Shown in pieces: positions 18,026 to 30,365 of a stretch of 64,000 nt of DNA. Every line of letters begins with the position of its first letter. Position 1 is the stretch's first letter. Source of the stretch: Marsupella aquatica (taxonomy: Eukaryota; Plantae; Marchantiophyta); NCBI GenBank assembly GCA_973895155.1, contig OZ316898.1, positions 13,484,330-13,548,329 on the forward strand, in the 5' to 3' direction. The notes beneath the pieces were generated by a model that worked only from the letters and a program-made list of their open reading frames with translations, made no database searches and was not told the origin of the DNA. Made by a program: the position numbers and the translations under genes.

Positions 18026-20149
18026 AAATGTTTGCATTGGATTAGACAATAAATAAAACTTACAGTCTTATTACCTTGCATGAGTGCAGCATATATAAGT
18101 GCAGTCAGTGGTTAAGTGCAGGCCAGCCATATAGTTCCCTAATCTTACAGCCAGATTCTTTTGCAAATGTGCCAAGAATTGCAGTTTCATATGTGCAGGT
18201 TGACTGCTAAATAACAAATACCGGCATGAACAACAAATACACATTTCTATCTATAAGTGTACACATTCCTTATGAGTTAGTGCAACATGTAAGATGCATG
18301 GGTTGATGAGTGCAAGAGAAATCACACAAAGTAGTTTCTGAGGTAGTTTCATGCATATTATCCAATTGAATTGGGCAGTATGAGGGTTTGGGGTATGAGG
18401 AATCCTCTGTGTGAGACCTGACACCATATGATTAGGCTAAGAAATTTCCCATGCACTTATTGGGTTTTAAGTGCAACCATGCACATAGTGCATACAGTGC
18501 AGGCTTGAGGCGCCTTCTGGGGAGCCTGCATTTAGACATGGTACATTGTATTTTAAACTAGAAAGATCATAGATATAGCCCACAAGGAAGCCAAGGACAA
18601 AAGACTTCATAAAACTTAAAATTCACAAAAGGGACAACTGAAGGGACCTGACACATTGATTGGCAAGTGTGGGTAGGACCGATACCGAACTTTGCTAGAA
18701 ATACGAAGTAATGTGTCTACCAACTTTATATGCCAATTGCTTCACCAAATTAAAAACAAAGTGTAAAAAACATAGTCCTGGGTTTTACCCCAGGCCAGAG
18801 GCTTGTCAGGTATGTTGCCCCATCTGAGATGTACCATGGGGGAAACATACTGGATAATGAGTGAGGTGAAGGAAAGTGAGATTCGAGGAATCGAGGAGGA
18901 CTATAGATAACAGCTGGAGCACTGTGGTTGACAGCAAATTCTCAATAATTATTGGTGTTTTTAAGCTTGTGGATTCTTTATGGAGAAGGAAGGCCATCTT
19001 TCCCTTAATTTGGTCGAGATCCAAATGGAACGATGGATGTTATATCTTGGAGACGAATCTGTTGCTTCTATACAGACTAAAACACTAAATGTTTACTTCA
19101 ATGTTACAAACAAAGAAGTAGAGAAACTACACCTCATCTTAGATATATATAGAGAGAGTCAGAGAGATCCAAGATCATGGACCACGCTTGTCCACGAAGG
19201 ACGCAGACCCTTTGCCAATCTGAGATTTCTATGGAGGCAAAGCAATGGATCCAATGGGGGCAGTCTCCTTGAAAAACCCACAAGTCCGTGTATCATACAG
19301 CTAGATGAGTACCCATCAGGGCTCCTCTTACAGTCAAACAAGTCCCTTATGTGTTGGGTTGCGCACTAAAGCTAAATGTTTCAGGAAATATCTCACCTAT
19401 CTCTCAAAATTGTGGGATCGAGCAGAAGGTTTTAAAGGATGAGGATCCCATCCAAGCTTTAGTACTGTTTTGAGGGCTTAAAAAGTGTCACGAGGATAAC
19501 ATTCAAGGAGCACAGTGCTATGCAATGCACCCAACTAGGGGCTCTCAATCCTTGACCAGCATATATATATATGGCAAACAGGTTCCGGTCATGTCAATTG
19601 ACTGGGTAACAATTATGGAGGTCAGTTTATTTTTTAGTCAATTTGTGCCCAGCCTATGAAGCTTTCTTGTAGTATGATCCCACACATTGCAGGAAATTAA
19701 TGCCTTGCCAGTAGTGACTTTTGCGAGAGGGGCTCCCTAAAGCTCATTTTCAATCTCCACCGGGCCCTGCAAAATTGAAACCTGGGCTCCATACAAGCCG
19801 GACGGCACCTCCAGCACGGCAGAATTGGCGAGTTAGGGTGTGGACTAGCAGCCCCTACCTAGTCTTGCCAAAATGTGTGTTGATGGCACAGATCATCCAA
19901 GCTCTGCAGAAACAATATCTCTGCAGAAAGTTTACTCATCTCTGCATTCTCTCAGAGGCAGCTTGTCCCTTCACTCATAGTGACCAGTGAGGATCAGGTC
20001 TGCAAACTGCCAAAGACAACCCCAAACCTCACCATTGACCCTGATACCCATTCACAAATTAAATAGCGCCATGCATGGGAATGCTCTTACATCCATGTCT
20101 TATGGATGTCTTTTAAGAATAAAAAGTTTAGTAACACTGATGTGGAAGT

Positions 20150-20290
20150 CCATGAGGAGTGTGTGTAACCCATTATTCATTAAATCCACAAGGATTGTGT
20201 GTAACCCATTATTCACCAAGTCCACCAGGATTGTGTGTAGCTAAGTAACCCATTATTCAGAAGGAGTGTGTTACTCATTATTCACCAAGT
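20150..20290. repeat. ~36-bp tandem repeat x4
   Basis: gtgtgtaacccattattca...aagtccac..ggatt recurs. Confidence 0.8.
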
Positions 20291-20578
20291 ACACTGAAGG
20301 ACATATTGTTGGTACTCAACTCTAGTGCCTGGTTAGGTTAACTAGGGCATAGCTTAACCACAGTTAAGGGTTGTTGAGGTTGTTTAGGGTTGTTCTCCAA
20401 GTGCTCCTCCACTAGAGATGAGTATTCAAGAGTTGGAGACTAGAAAGAGAGCGGAGGCTAGGAATGCTGCTTCTCCACTAGAGATGAGTCTTCAATCAAG
20501 AGTTGGAGACTAGACAGAGAGGGGAGGAGCACTCATATATAGAACACTCAGCTTGGCTTTTGGAGCTTGCCAGACTAT

Positions 20579-21098
20579 GGTGGATGTACTAGGTTGTGCA
20601 TACTAATACTTGTCTCCGCCATGGACAAAACCCAGAAAGGGCGAACCACACGTCTATGTGTTGATATGGATTGTATGACTTTTTGTACATTTGTTCTATG
20701 TAAAGTTGTACTCTGCTATATTTCCCAACATATATTGTATCCCATACTTCATGAGTACTGTACTGGAATTTTGAGACTCGCTACTATTGTCCTAAGGTGG
20801 ATGTACTAGGTTGTGCATAAAGTTTTTCTCCCGTGGACAAAACCCAGAGAGGGTGTGTGTTGATGTGTATTGTACGACTTTTTGTACAATTGTTCTATCT
20901 AACGTTGTACTCTGCTATATTTCCTAACATATATCGTGTCTGTAACCCATAATTCACGATAATGTTGTACTCTGCTATATTTTCCAACATGTATTGTGTC
21001 TATAACCCATAGTTCACGAGTAATGTACTGGAATTTTGAGACTCCCAATCATTGTGCTATGAGATTTGGAATGCTGAGACTCGCTCCTATTGTCCTAA
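20579..21098. repeat. Tandem duplication covering the stop codon and 3' UTR of the PGG gene
   Basis: Copy 1 (20579-20795) and copy 2 (20796-21098) both start ggtggatgtactaggttgtgcata and end gagactcgct.ctattgtcctaa. Confidence 0.85.
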
Positions 21099-22385
21099 GA
21101 GATAAGCTTGTTGCTCACGCATTCTGATGGTGTGCGTGAAGGACGACATCTTTCGGAGCTTGCGAGACACGAAAATCTGAGAAACGGAGATGAACAAGAA
21201 TCTGATCCTCATAGCCAACCGAGCAATTATGATAGTCCCATCAGCAGCAGGTTGCCTTCCGGCTCGATTGACATACCACTCCCACGGCGTCACCTGAAGC
21301 TGAACTCGCAGGCCGTGCTCGATGTGCCCGTTCATCAGCTCCATCGCCCAAATGTACACGTACACGACCATGGAGCAGCCGAGCAGCGTGATTGCCAAGG
21401 GCTTCACCCAGAAATCCATCACAGTCCATGCGCTGATGATGAACGCAATGTAGAAGCTGATGAGCCCCACGACGACGGGAACCGATCCGGACAGAAAGAT
21501 CGCTCCCCATTTCCGCGCAGTGCCGAAAATTGGGATGAATGCCGTCATGACGACCACGGAAAGGACTGAGCAGTAGAAAGCAATGGAGTTGAAGAACGTG
21601 AAAGTCACCGGAAAAACTCCGATAACGTCCGGGCTGTCCTCTTTCCCTTTCGGAGGATTGCACATGGCGATGTAGGTCACGTTAGCTATCAATGTGGCCA
21701 CCACTGCAAGAAGGCTGATTCCCTGGATGTATACCTCCCCTCTTGTGGTCATTGCCTCCATGTCTTCGATCTTGAGGTCCGTAACTTCGCTGCTTAATAG
21801 CAGCTTGTTGGTCGGAGTCTGGAGGAGGAGGACTAGGGCTAGGAATTTGTTGTGAAGGCCGGTGGTGCACGCAGGTGGTGCATTGCTCCCGTTCCACACG
21901 AAGCGTCCGACGACAAGTCCAGTGGTCCTCACGTCGTAGTGGCTGAAGCACACAGCGACGCCAACTTGCCATTTCTTCAGGTCCGCCAAGGATGGGAACA
22001 GCACGCCTTGAGGCTCTTGCAGTAATGCATTTGAGAAAATGTTATCATCCTGTATCTTGAGGAAATGCTTTTGGAGCTCTTCCTCTGTGATGTGCATTTC
22101 TGGCCAGCCTTGTGCTTCTGGCAAGCACTTGAAGTTTTGGCCTCTGGAGCTTTCTTTGCATTTCTTCACTACCCGGTACATGTAGCAGATGTTTTCCACA
22201 GATTTTCTGCTGTAGTAGTAATTGACTCTTGGGGTGCACGGAGGTGGTACAGAAACACTTAAGTTCTGTAAGGAGATTTGAGCGCGTCCGGATGATATCA
22301 TTAGAGGTGGAGGTGGTGGTCTCCTGTACTTGAATTCTTCTTGTTTAGCAGATTCATTCCTGCAGCCTCCCATTTGCAATTCCAT
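21087..22385 (-). CDS. PGG-domain multi-pass membrane protein, single coding exon, 432 aa, unknown N-terminal region
   Basis: LLAVVATLIANVTYIAMCNPPKG...FTFFNSIAFYCSVLSVVV fits the PGG-domain pattern of plant ankyrin-TM proteins, with ~4 hydrophobic segments. No ankyrin repeats are visible. Confidence 0.75.
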   Translation of the reverse strand: MELQMGGCRNESAKQEEFKYRRPPPPPLMISSGRAQISLQNLSVSVPPPCTPRVNYYYSRKSVENICYMYRVVKKCKESSRGQNFKCLPEAQGWPEMHITEEELQKHFLKIQDDNIFSNALLQEPQGVLFPSLADLKKWQVGVAVCFSHYDVRTTGLVVGRFVWNGSNAPPACTTGLHNKFLALVLLLQTPTNKLLLSSEVTDLKIEDMEAMTTRGEVYIQGISLLAVVATLIANVTYIAMCNPPKGKEDSPDVIGVFPVTFTFFNSIAFYCSVLSVVVMTAFIPIFGTARKWGAIFLSGSVPVVVGLISFYIAFIISAWTVMDFWVKPLAITLLGCSMVVYVYIWAMELMNGHIEHGLRVQLQVTPWEWYVNRAGRQPAADGTIIIARLAMRIRFLFISVSQIFVSRKLRKMSSFTHTIRMREQQAYLLGQ

Positions 22386-24237
22386 GCAGGCTCAAAATGA
22401 TGACCGACTAATGGCAAGTAATTATAACTTGCTCGGATATCACTTCTGCAGGACAGTTTCAAAATCATCAAAAGAGTAGAGTCATTTACAGATTCCAAAA
22501 CGAAACGATTATCTCAACATTGAATTGATGCTTTGAATTGCACACAAAGATTTTACCGCAAAATAATCAAATCGCGTGTTCCGCATTCAATCTGGAAGGT
22601 AAAAAGAAATCGTTGGGTTTGAATTTGGGACCATATCGTGAAGCCAAATGGACTCATGTATTCACTCGCTGTCTATCAGAATTTTTCCTAACAAGTACTT
22701 GAGAATCGGGATTAAAAAAAGAAATAGGACGTGCTCGATTTGAAATAGAAACTAGGAATCCGAACGATTAAATGCTCAGGTGATTAACGTCATGTTCACA
22801 TGAAACAACTGTGTAGCGTAACAGGAATGCATTCAAGAAGAAAATGTTGCTAGCGGTCACCACTTGAACTAGAAGCAGTTTGTTATGAACGAGCGTGGCA
22901 CTGTTACACAGGTCGCTCAAAAGAATAAATCCAAAATACACACACTGGCAGGTTGAGATTGGAAATTGATGGAGAGAGTGGTACTCACTGTGTAGAGTCG
23001 GTTAGTCTATGAGAGGTCAGCTTTAATGCTGCAACATCTGAATGGAGTTTTCTGGGCTGACTGTCCTTGAACGTCGGTGTACGTTAGCTGTTGTGTGTTT
23101 GTGCTATGCGGGTGCACAGTTACAGTATGAAGAACGAATGCAAAGTATACTATGCATACTATTGCAACGTGAAGCACGAGTGGAAATAAATCCTATTTCA
23201 TATCAAGTCCTGACTTCTGATCTCTACGATAGACACCACTGACTCTCACAGTGCTAACTTTCCAAAGCTTGCAAATGAAATCTGGTTTGTTCGCAGCAGC
23301 AGCTGGCTTTTTTATCATAAGGACAAAGGTAGGCGTCCAGCTATTCTCTTGTGAGGCAGAATGTATCAGTACAAGGTAGGCGTCCAGTACATCTGACGAC
23401 ATCCACAGACAACCCCATGATGATAGGCAGCAATTCTCGATCTCTTCGATCCCCCGATCCGATCTCCACCACGCCTCGATCCGCCCCATTGAATTGAAAC
23501 TTTTCGATCGGAATCGTAGCCTCTTGTCCAACGTTTTGATTTTGGAGGCACCGACACTGCAACAAGGCCATGCTGTCGCTGTAGGCTCGAGTGTCCGGGT
23601 GCCTTGAAGCGGACGCTGAGCTTGACCACCTTGACGAAAGCGTGAAGGTGCAAACCCGGACGAATAGACTTGCAATCGACCTAAGCCCTTTTTTCCATCG
23701 ACATCTAACATCGTCTAGCCTAAAAGTAAAATGATTGCAGAATCGACAGACCTCAAATTTAGCAGTTCCCTGAGCAGATCACGTGTCCAGCCTGAAGCTA
23801 ATCTATCAGGGGCGGCTGGGTATAGGGTGTAATACATCGGTGTTGCAGCTGGTTAATCCGGGCGAGACAACCACACATCCACACATACAACGATATCATA
23901 TCATTGGACAACACAGTGTCGATCCCGGATTGTGTGGTACCGAAGCAGTACAGTACGTAGCTCAGCATACAATCTACTAGAAGAAGACAATATTCAGATG
24001 ATGACATCTGACCCTCGAGCTGACCATCTAATCAATCCTCCAAAGCGTCTCTCAGTGCTAGGTCTCCCGTCGTTCTTCACTTTGGCCACGGTGCAATTCG
24101 ACATATTTGCATCGGCACTTTTGCAGTCATCACTAATTTGATGTGGTGAGATGACAGATCATTTAATCTGTAAGCAGGTACCTTCAAGCGTTGAGTCGGC
24201 GGTATTTGCAGTAACTTGCATTGGTTCAAAACAGGTG

Positions 24238-24532
24238 GACGATCATCTCCCGGGATCAGATGACTCGATCTTGAATCTCTTAACCTTTGTGAACAATTCA
24301 CACGTAATTCGCAGCTGGTCCCTGTCGAATCATGGTCCCCCACGCACTTCTCTGACTGCGTGGGGCTTCAGGGCCAGGCAAACTATCGATCATGTCCCCG
24401 GATCAGATGACTCGATCTTGAATCTATTAACCTTTCGTCAAGAATTCACACGTAATTCGTAGCTGGTCCCTTTCGAATCATGGCCCCCACTCACTCCTCT
24501 GACTGCGTTGGGCTTCAGGGGCAGGCATCGAT
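24238..24532. repeat. ~148-bp tandem duplication x2
   Basis: cgatcat.tccc.ggatcagatgactcgatcttgaatct...cacgtaattcg.agctggtccct.tcgaatcatgg...ctgactgcgt.gggcttcaggg.caggca occurs twice. Confidence 0.9.
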
Positions 24533-25243
24533 ACGCATTTGGGCCACAGTGAGAAGCTCTTGAGAAGCTTTGGACAACTTGACGTTGAGATATATCACAG
24601 CTACTCTCACCCCGAGTGATCGAGTCATCGCTGAGCTGCCGGCGCTTCAACTAGATCTGACCGACGAAGACATTTGGAAGGAACTACAGTATTCACACAC
24701 TATCTCATTCCGCAACATGATGCTACATCTGTCGACGTATTTTCCGCACATGGGTTGTAGAGATGATTTTCTCCACCGGAACTGTTCCAGCGGCTGCTCA
24801 ATGTGCAAATACAAGGCTCGTCATTGTCAATGCATGGGCCCTCTGCGATCACGCAGCAGGAGGTGGTGGATAAATTGGAGAGCTTGCCATTCACCAGCTG
24901 TTATCCACAAGCGAAACAATGATACAACAGGCTTCGTGTAGAGCAATCCGTCTGTCATCCACAAGCGCAACAATGATACAGCAGGCTTCGCCTCGAGTGG
25001 GTTATCATTCGTATTACAATACACACTATAGTATCAAATCGTGCTGAGTGTACACACTATAATATACAATCTCCTCCATTTTTCTCGACTGTGGCTTTAT
25101 TAATTGGTGTATGTTTATTAAACCACAACTGCCTATATATAAGGCTGGGGGAAGTGTGCCATTTATATATGGGAAGGATGTGTCCAAGACTTATCCCTCG
25201 TTCCACTATTTGTTTCCACATTCCACTGTTTCTTTCCTCTACC

Positions 25244-25422
25244 TTCCTGTCTGCTCCACTATTTTGGGGAATATTTACTGTTAATAATGAAATTTGGATC
25301 CTAGGAGCAACCCACAGCTCTTGAAGGGTCTCCTCTAACTTCCTGTCTGCTCCACGATTTTGGGGAATATTTACTGTTAGTAATGAAATTTGGATCCTAC
25401 AGCAACCCATAGCTCTTGAAGG
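25244..25422. repeat. ~95-bp tandem duplication x2
   Basis: ttcctgtctgctccac.attttggggaatatttactgtta.taatgaaatttggatccta...agctcttgaaggg occurs twice. Confidence 0.9.
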
Positions 25423-26584
25423 GGCAGCTTTGGCACAACTTACTAGCATCTGGTCTGGTCCGGAAAAAATCCTGGCCGTTCGTTGAAACCTCGTCTTTCC
25501 ATGACCCTTCAGTAGGCTAAAAATGTCTAGGGCGCCCTTTGCCTTTGCTGTCTGCATCCCCGCCCTGGTTCCTAGTCTTGCCAGCCGTGCTTCACCCCTC
25601 TAATTGTGCAATGCACAGGTGTTTGTCTTGCCTATATCTGTACCATGTGGAACTAAGGTTTAGCACCCATGCACGTTGTAAAGCAACATATTTACTGGAT
25701 TTTTTTATGACTTGTAACAGTTCAATAGCGGCTGTTGAAAAAAGACCTAATCTTCAAGAAGTTGACTTGATCAAATGTCTGAATTTAGAAAAATTCTCGG
25801 TGATTGATTTGCTGAAAGAAAGAGTAACATAAATGAGCTGCCCCTTGACCCATAGCATGATGAGAAGAGAATGGTAAAAACTCTTCCCTAGGCAATTAAA
25901 ATCTCTTATATTTTATTGAGGGTGGCTGTGCTGATAGACTTTGAATACTGAGTTTCCTCAGCCATACCTGCCCTTTGGAATTTATTTTTTTAGGTTTTAG
26001 AGAACGGGTCTCTATAGCAAAGTTCTAAATATCTTTTAATAACAATGGAAAGCAAGATTCATATACCCAAAGGCTCTTAATGTACACCTATGTCATCCTA
26101 ATCCAAATCCATATTTCATAGATCGCATCTAAGCTATTCTGGAAAGCAAAGGCCAGGACAGAAAAAATGTTAATTCAAAAACCTTTTCTACAGTGGGGTC
26201 CAACTGAAGTTGATACATTGGATTTGGTCTCAGTTCAGCCATTTGAAGAGACTAAAATGAGGAATGTAATCAGCCTGAATGGATTTGTATAAAGCATCCA
26301 CGCGGAAAATAGGTGTATCACGTAAGTGGTGTCCTAGATACTATGTTTAATTAATTTATTTTTTGATTGCTAGTACAACCCTTGTTTGGAGAAAGGCTAC
26401 GGTATTACTGAACTCCAAAACCTACCCCTAACAACCTTAGACACTTCTTTTTCCACCTCCTTTAAAGGTGGGATTGAACAAGTAGAGCCTGACTCTTGAA
26501 CTTCACCGAATTGGTCCACAAAGTTCTCATAAGATGAAATGCAATCACCCACTCCATTTGCCATGTTATATCTTGTTGGAACTG

Positions 26585-28801
26585 TCACTTCTCAATTCTC
26601 CAAGCGAATCTACTTCAGTAGGGGAGGACAAAGCCCAATCTACACCTGCCGTTCTTAGCTTGATTCATCTCCTCCAGCTGGAGCTAAAAACTAAAAAATG
26701 AGTTAAAAATTATGATTTAACAACACTATACGATATAGAAAGAGTACCAAGAAAATCTCATGGTCCTCCAAAAGGTTGCACAGTTTCACGAACTCTGCAT
26801 CATTGCAACCAGCCACAGATTTTGTCTGAGTTACAATATAAACATAAGGACTAAAGGCTAGTGTATTCATTGTATGCCATGAATCACCTTAGTAAATTTA
26901 ATACGATGCTCTGAGACAAACTTCTCAAGAAACTGAACAGTTCGTGATTAGGCAAATTCATTCAGTGGCAGTCAACAAAACGCACCTGGGTGGAAATCTC
27001 AAGTGCATGCAATCTTGAAGATCAATCGGTACATGAGTTGCCACCAAAACCATGCCCCCGTTCCTTCGATGATCAGCCATCATTTGCTCTAGAAGCTCAA
27101 CTCCCTGGCCACCTTGTCTTGTCAGGAATTCTTAGGTCCCAATTTTTTCAAATGAGCTCAGAGAAAAAATGACTACGCTGCTTGATCAAATCAGCTGCTT
27201 AGGACAACCTGGTAGATGAACGTACCTTACTGTCCAGGCCCACAGACGGCTCATCAAGCAGCCAGAGTGGCCTCGGTATTGCTAGCAACCTTGCTAGTTG
27301 CAGCCTCTTCCTCTAAATCAAATTTCACAGCACGAAGAGCAGAGTCAAAACCATGAGTAAAAGGCTGACTGACGCTCAGTCAAATTCAATGGCAAATTCG
27401 AGATCAGTAAGATTATCCACTTACTTGTCCTAAAGATAAAGCTGCCCCTTGACGCTCAGTAAAGTTTCCCAATCCCATGTACTCAAGAGCATCCATTGTA
27501 CGTCCTTCTCTTCCTTCCAGCATCTCCCAAAAATTCTGCGTTTGTAAACAAGTACCATTCAAATAAAGAAAGAACAGTCCCCATGAAGGAGGAAGAACGA
27601 TTTTAGGGTTCTGATGAATTGCCAAGAACGGTGCTTGAAGAAAAAGGAAACTTCACGACCAAGAGCACTCACTACATTCTCATAGACACTCATTTGAGCC
27701 TTGATTGCATCCTTGGATCCCACGAGATGTACTTGTGTTCTGTACTCTGTGCCCAGCCAATTAGTCTTTTTTGCCTCATCCATCTCAAGGCTTTTTCCAG
27801 GCGTGCAATAATAAATAGATCACATTCTGGCAATGCGGGGGATTCAAGCATCTAGAACATATTCAATTTGATCACACAGACTAGCAAAGCTCACATCATT
27901 GTGTAGCTACATACGAGCAGCAACACGGTACCGACTGACAAGGATGGTCTCAAGGTTTCACAAAATATTACATCACGTCTTAATTTACTTTCTTTCTTCA
28001 CAACAAGAGACTAGAGGTGGACAAGGAGGCAGTTGATGAGGTACAGACCATCGTAAAGACCAGGTAGCGACAGATCATGCCCGTCCCACAGAAGTTTACC
28101 CGCACTTGGTTTAATAAAGGTTGCCAGCTGCAACGAGAAATCAATCATTTAGTGATGCACCGACCACTTCTTCGGAATCAAACAAAGAGTCCGGGGAAGC
28201 CTTATTTCGCAGGGCACATTGGCATTGAGCACAGCGTGACCCTCAAAACATAACCGCGCGACTTTGGAACCTACCCAAGCCGTTTCCTGCTCTTATAATT
28301 TTTCGAAAGAAAGTACAGAGACCAACTCTATGCTACTCTTGCTCAAAAATATTATGAAAGTTTCTATTAAAAAAAAAGGCAAAAGAATTGCGTTCTCAAC
28401 GCCCTGCATTTTAAGGCAGGTACGCTGCACCTGGGAAATGCTCCTCTGAAATTTACTCGAATGATTTTAGAGGAAGAGTTCGAATGTGATTATATCAGAA
28501 CAAATGCAAGCCATGAACGAAGAGATTCAAGCCTAGGAGGATCAAAAAAGTTGGAAATTGCTGAAATTGCCGAGCCAACTCGATGAAACTAACATTGGAG
28601 TACACAGAGAGAAGGAGAGCAAGAAGCACTGCAGTACCATACCAGGCGCAGAAATGTGGACTTTCCCGATGCGTTGGGGCCCGTGAGCAGCATCGCTCCA
28701 CCTTCGTGCAGAGTCATGTTCACTTCACGAATTACTACCTGCCCACTCCTCATGCATGCCACTCTGCTTGCCACCAGCCTCGGCACCGGTGGCATCCTCA
28801 T
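26585..28801 (-). CDS. CCMA: ABC transporter I family member 1 / cytochrome c maturation protein CcmA (~217 aa, 7 exons)
   Basis: Walker A GPNASGKST, signature LSLGQRKRLQLARL, Walker B WLLDEPSVGLD, and the C-terminal VATHVPIDL match plant CcmA. Exons: 28643-28801, 28049-28127, 27673-27746, 27425-27535, 27226-27312, 26986-27104 and a tentative last exon 26585-26609 (RFAWRIEK*). Confidence 0.9.
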
Positions 28802-28886
28802 CGCTCCCTCTCTTCTCGAACCTAAAATTCAGAGCAACCGAGCCCGGGCTTGAGTTCCAAATCGTCTGTTGAGCCTTCCTGAGTTC

Positions 28887-28902
28887 AGGGTTTAGGGTTT
28901 AG
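28887..28902 (-). promoter_or_regulatory. Telo-box (AAACCCTA) in the CcmA 5' region
   Basis: agggtttagggtttag lies ~90 nt upstream of the ATG. Telo-boxes are established plant promoter/5' UTR elements. Confidence 0.55.
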
Positions 28903-30293
28903 ATACTGAGCCGCTGGGTCGGACACCAACGTGCTTGCTCTGCAGAGCCAGAGGACCATCGAGGTTTCCGCTTTGTTTAACATTCCTTTCCGCAGCATTA
29001 GAAGCAGCCCAGCATTGCATTGTTAGTGTGTTCCTGGTGAATTCGATGCCTCTCTCACACTCGGTGATAATTGCTAAAAAAGTATCTATTGCTCAGGAAA
29101 ATAAAGAGTACGGTACGAGAACTACTACTGCGACATAATCTTGGCTTAGACTGTTTCAAGATGTCCTTGTGCTACGATGAGTTACCCTTCTACATCAAAT
29201 ATTAAGGACGTGAATTGGTACGTGGATTGGAAACCTGGACAGAGTCCATGGGATTAGGAATGATTGTGGTCCTGTGCGGAGAATTCTTGTTGTATTGCTG
29301 CCCACCTTTTGCCCAATCTGCTCGTTTCTCCGCTGATTTCACTTCTGCCTCTCATTCTCTTTCCAAGTCAAGGGTTCGGAATTGAATTGAACTCCATATA
29401 ATAGCTTTCTAATCCACCAAAATATGACATTGAATTCAACATTTCAAATTCACATGACTCCGAATTAACGATGTATAGACAGTACATTGGAGTTCTAGAT
29501 GGAATACGTACAAAGATTGCTGAGAGAATTGAAGCTCCCCGAGCTGCGAGCGTTCAGTACTGACTCGAGTTCTAAGCTGAGCACTAGCGCTGCATTGTCC
29601 TCATCCTGAACGCATTACACTCGTAGCTAGGGCAACGACCAAAAGCTCCGCCCAGTAGTCTTACCAAAACCTATCCCCTAGGGTCTCAATGACATCGTCC
29701 AGAGACATTGTTTCTCTTCAATCGACAGTAGAATTCAGGCTCTTCAGGGAAAGCATTGAAATTTCTCCGAATACCAGGAGCAGCTCACCGACCTCCAGGC
29801 CGCGCTCTGTGACAAAACGTGGCTGCGTTTGACCGGGAGAATATAGAAGAAGCTGACATTAATGCCGCAAGCGAGGCGGACAGATTTCAAATGACTAGAA
29901 CGGGAATTTCTCCTAGTCTCCTACGGAAAGCAGCCAAATAAAGGCGCGAGCAAGTCTATCACTATCTGAGTAAAACGCACGACCAAGGAAGAGAGAGCTC
30001 TCTTCAAGTACGAGCGAGCTGCATACAGTACTAAGTGCAATCGTTGATGGCCAAAAAACAACAGACGGGAGCAGAGTTATGAGTAAGACCACGAGAGCGC
30101 ACACACAAACTCGGGGCGAGTCTCTGCAATTGAGCTCACTTCCACTCTGAAATTAGCTCTAGGCTTCGAGGGCAGGATTCATCTACTCATTCTTACAAGG
30201 TCGTTCGTGTGTGGGAAAGGAGCACCTCTTTTCCGCTCCCATACAGTAATCTCGAGATTGGCCTTTAAATCCAGGCAGATTTGCACATGTCCC

Positions 30294-30365
30294 GGTCCCA
30301 TAGTCTAGTGGTTACGACATTGGACTTTGAATCCAAGAGCCCGAGTTCGAATCTCGGTGGGACCT
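30294..30365 (+). tRNA. trnQ-TTG: tRNA-Gln (anticodon TTG)
   Basis: 72-nt cloverleaf with acceptor stem GGTCCCA/TGGGACC, anticodon arm TTGGA-CTTTGAA-TCCAA and T-arm CCGAG-TTCGAAT-CTCGG. A T-run (Pol III terminator) follows ~20 nt downstream. Confidence 0.96.

Noticed and set aside
18840-19400. ORFs 18876-19088 and 18980-19369 as a LINE remnant
   Set aside because: Only a vague Trp-rich resemblance; no RT, endonuclease or zinc-knuckle motif could be identified
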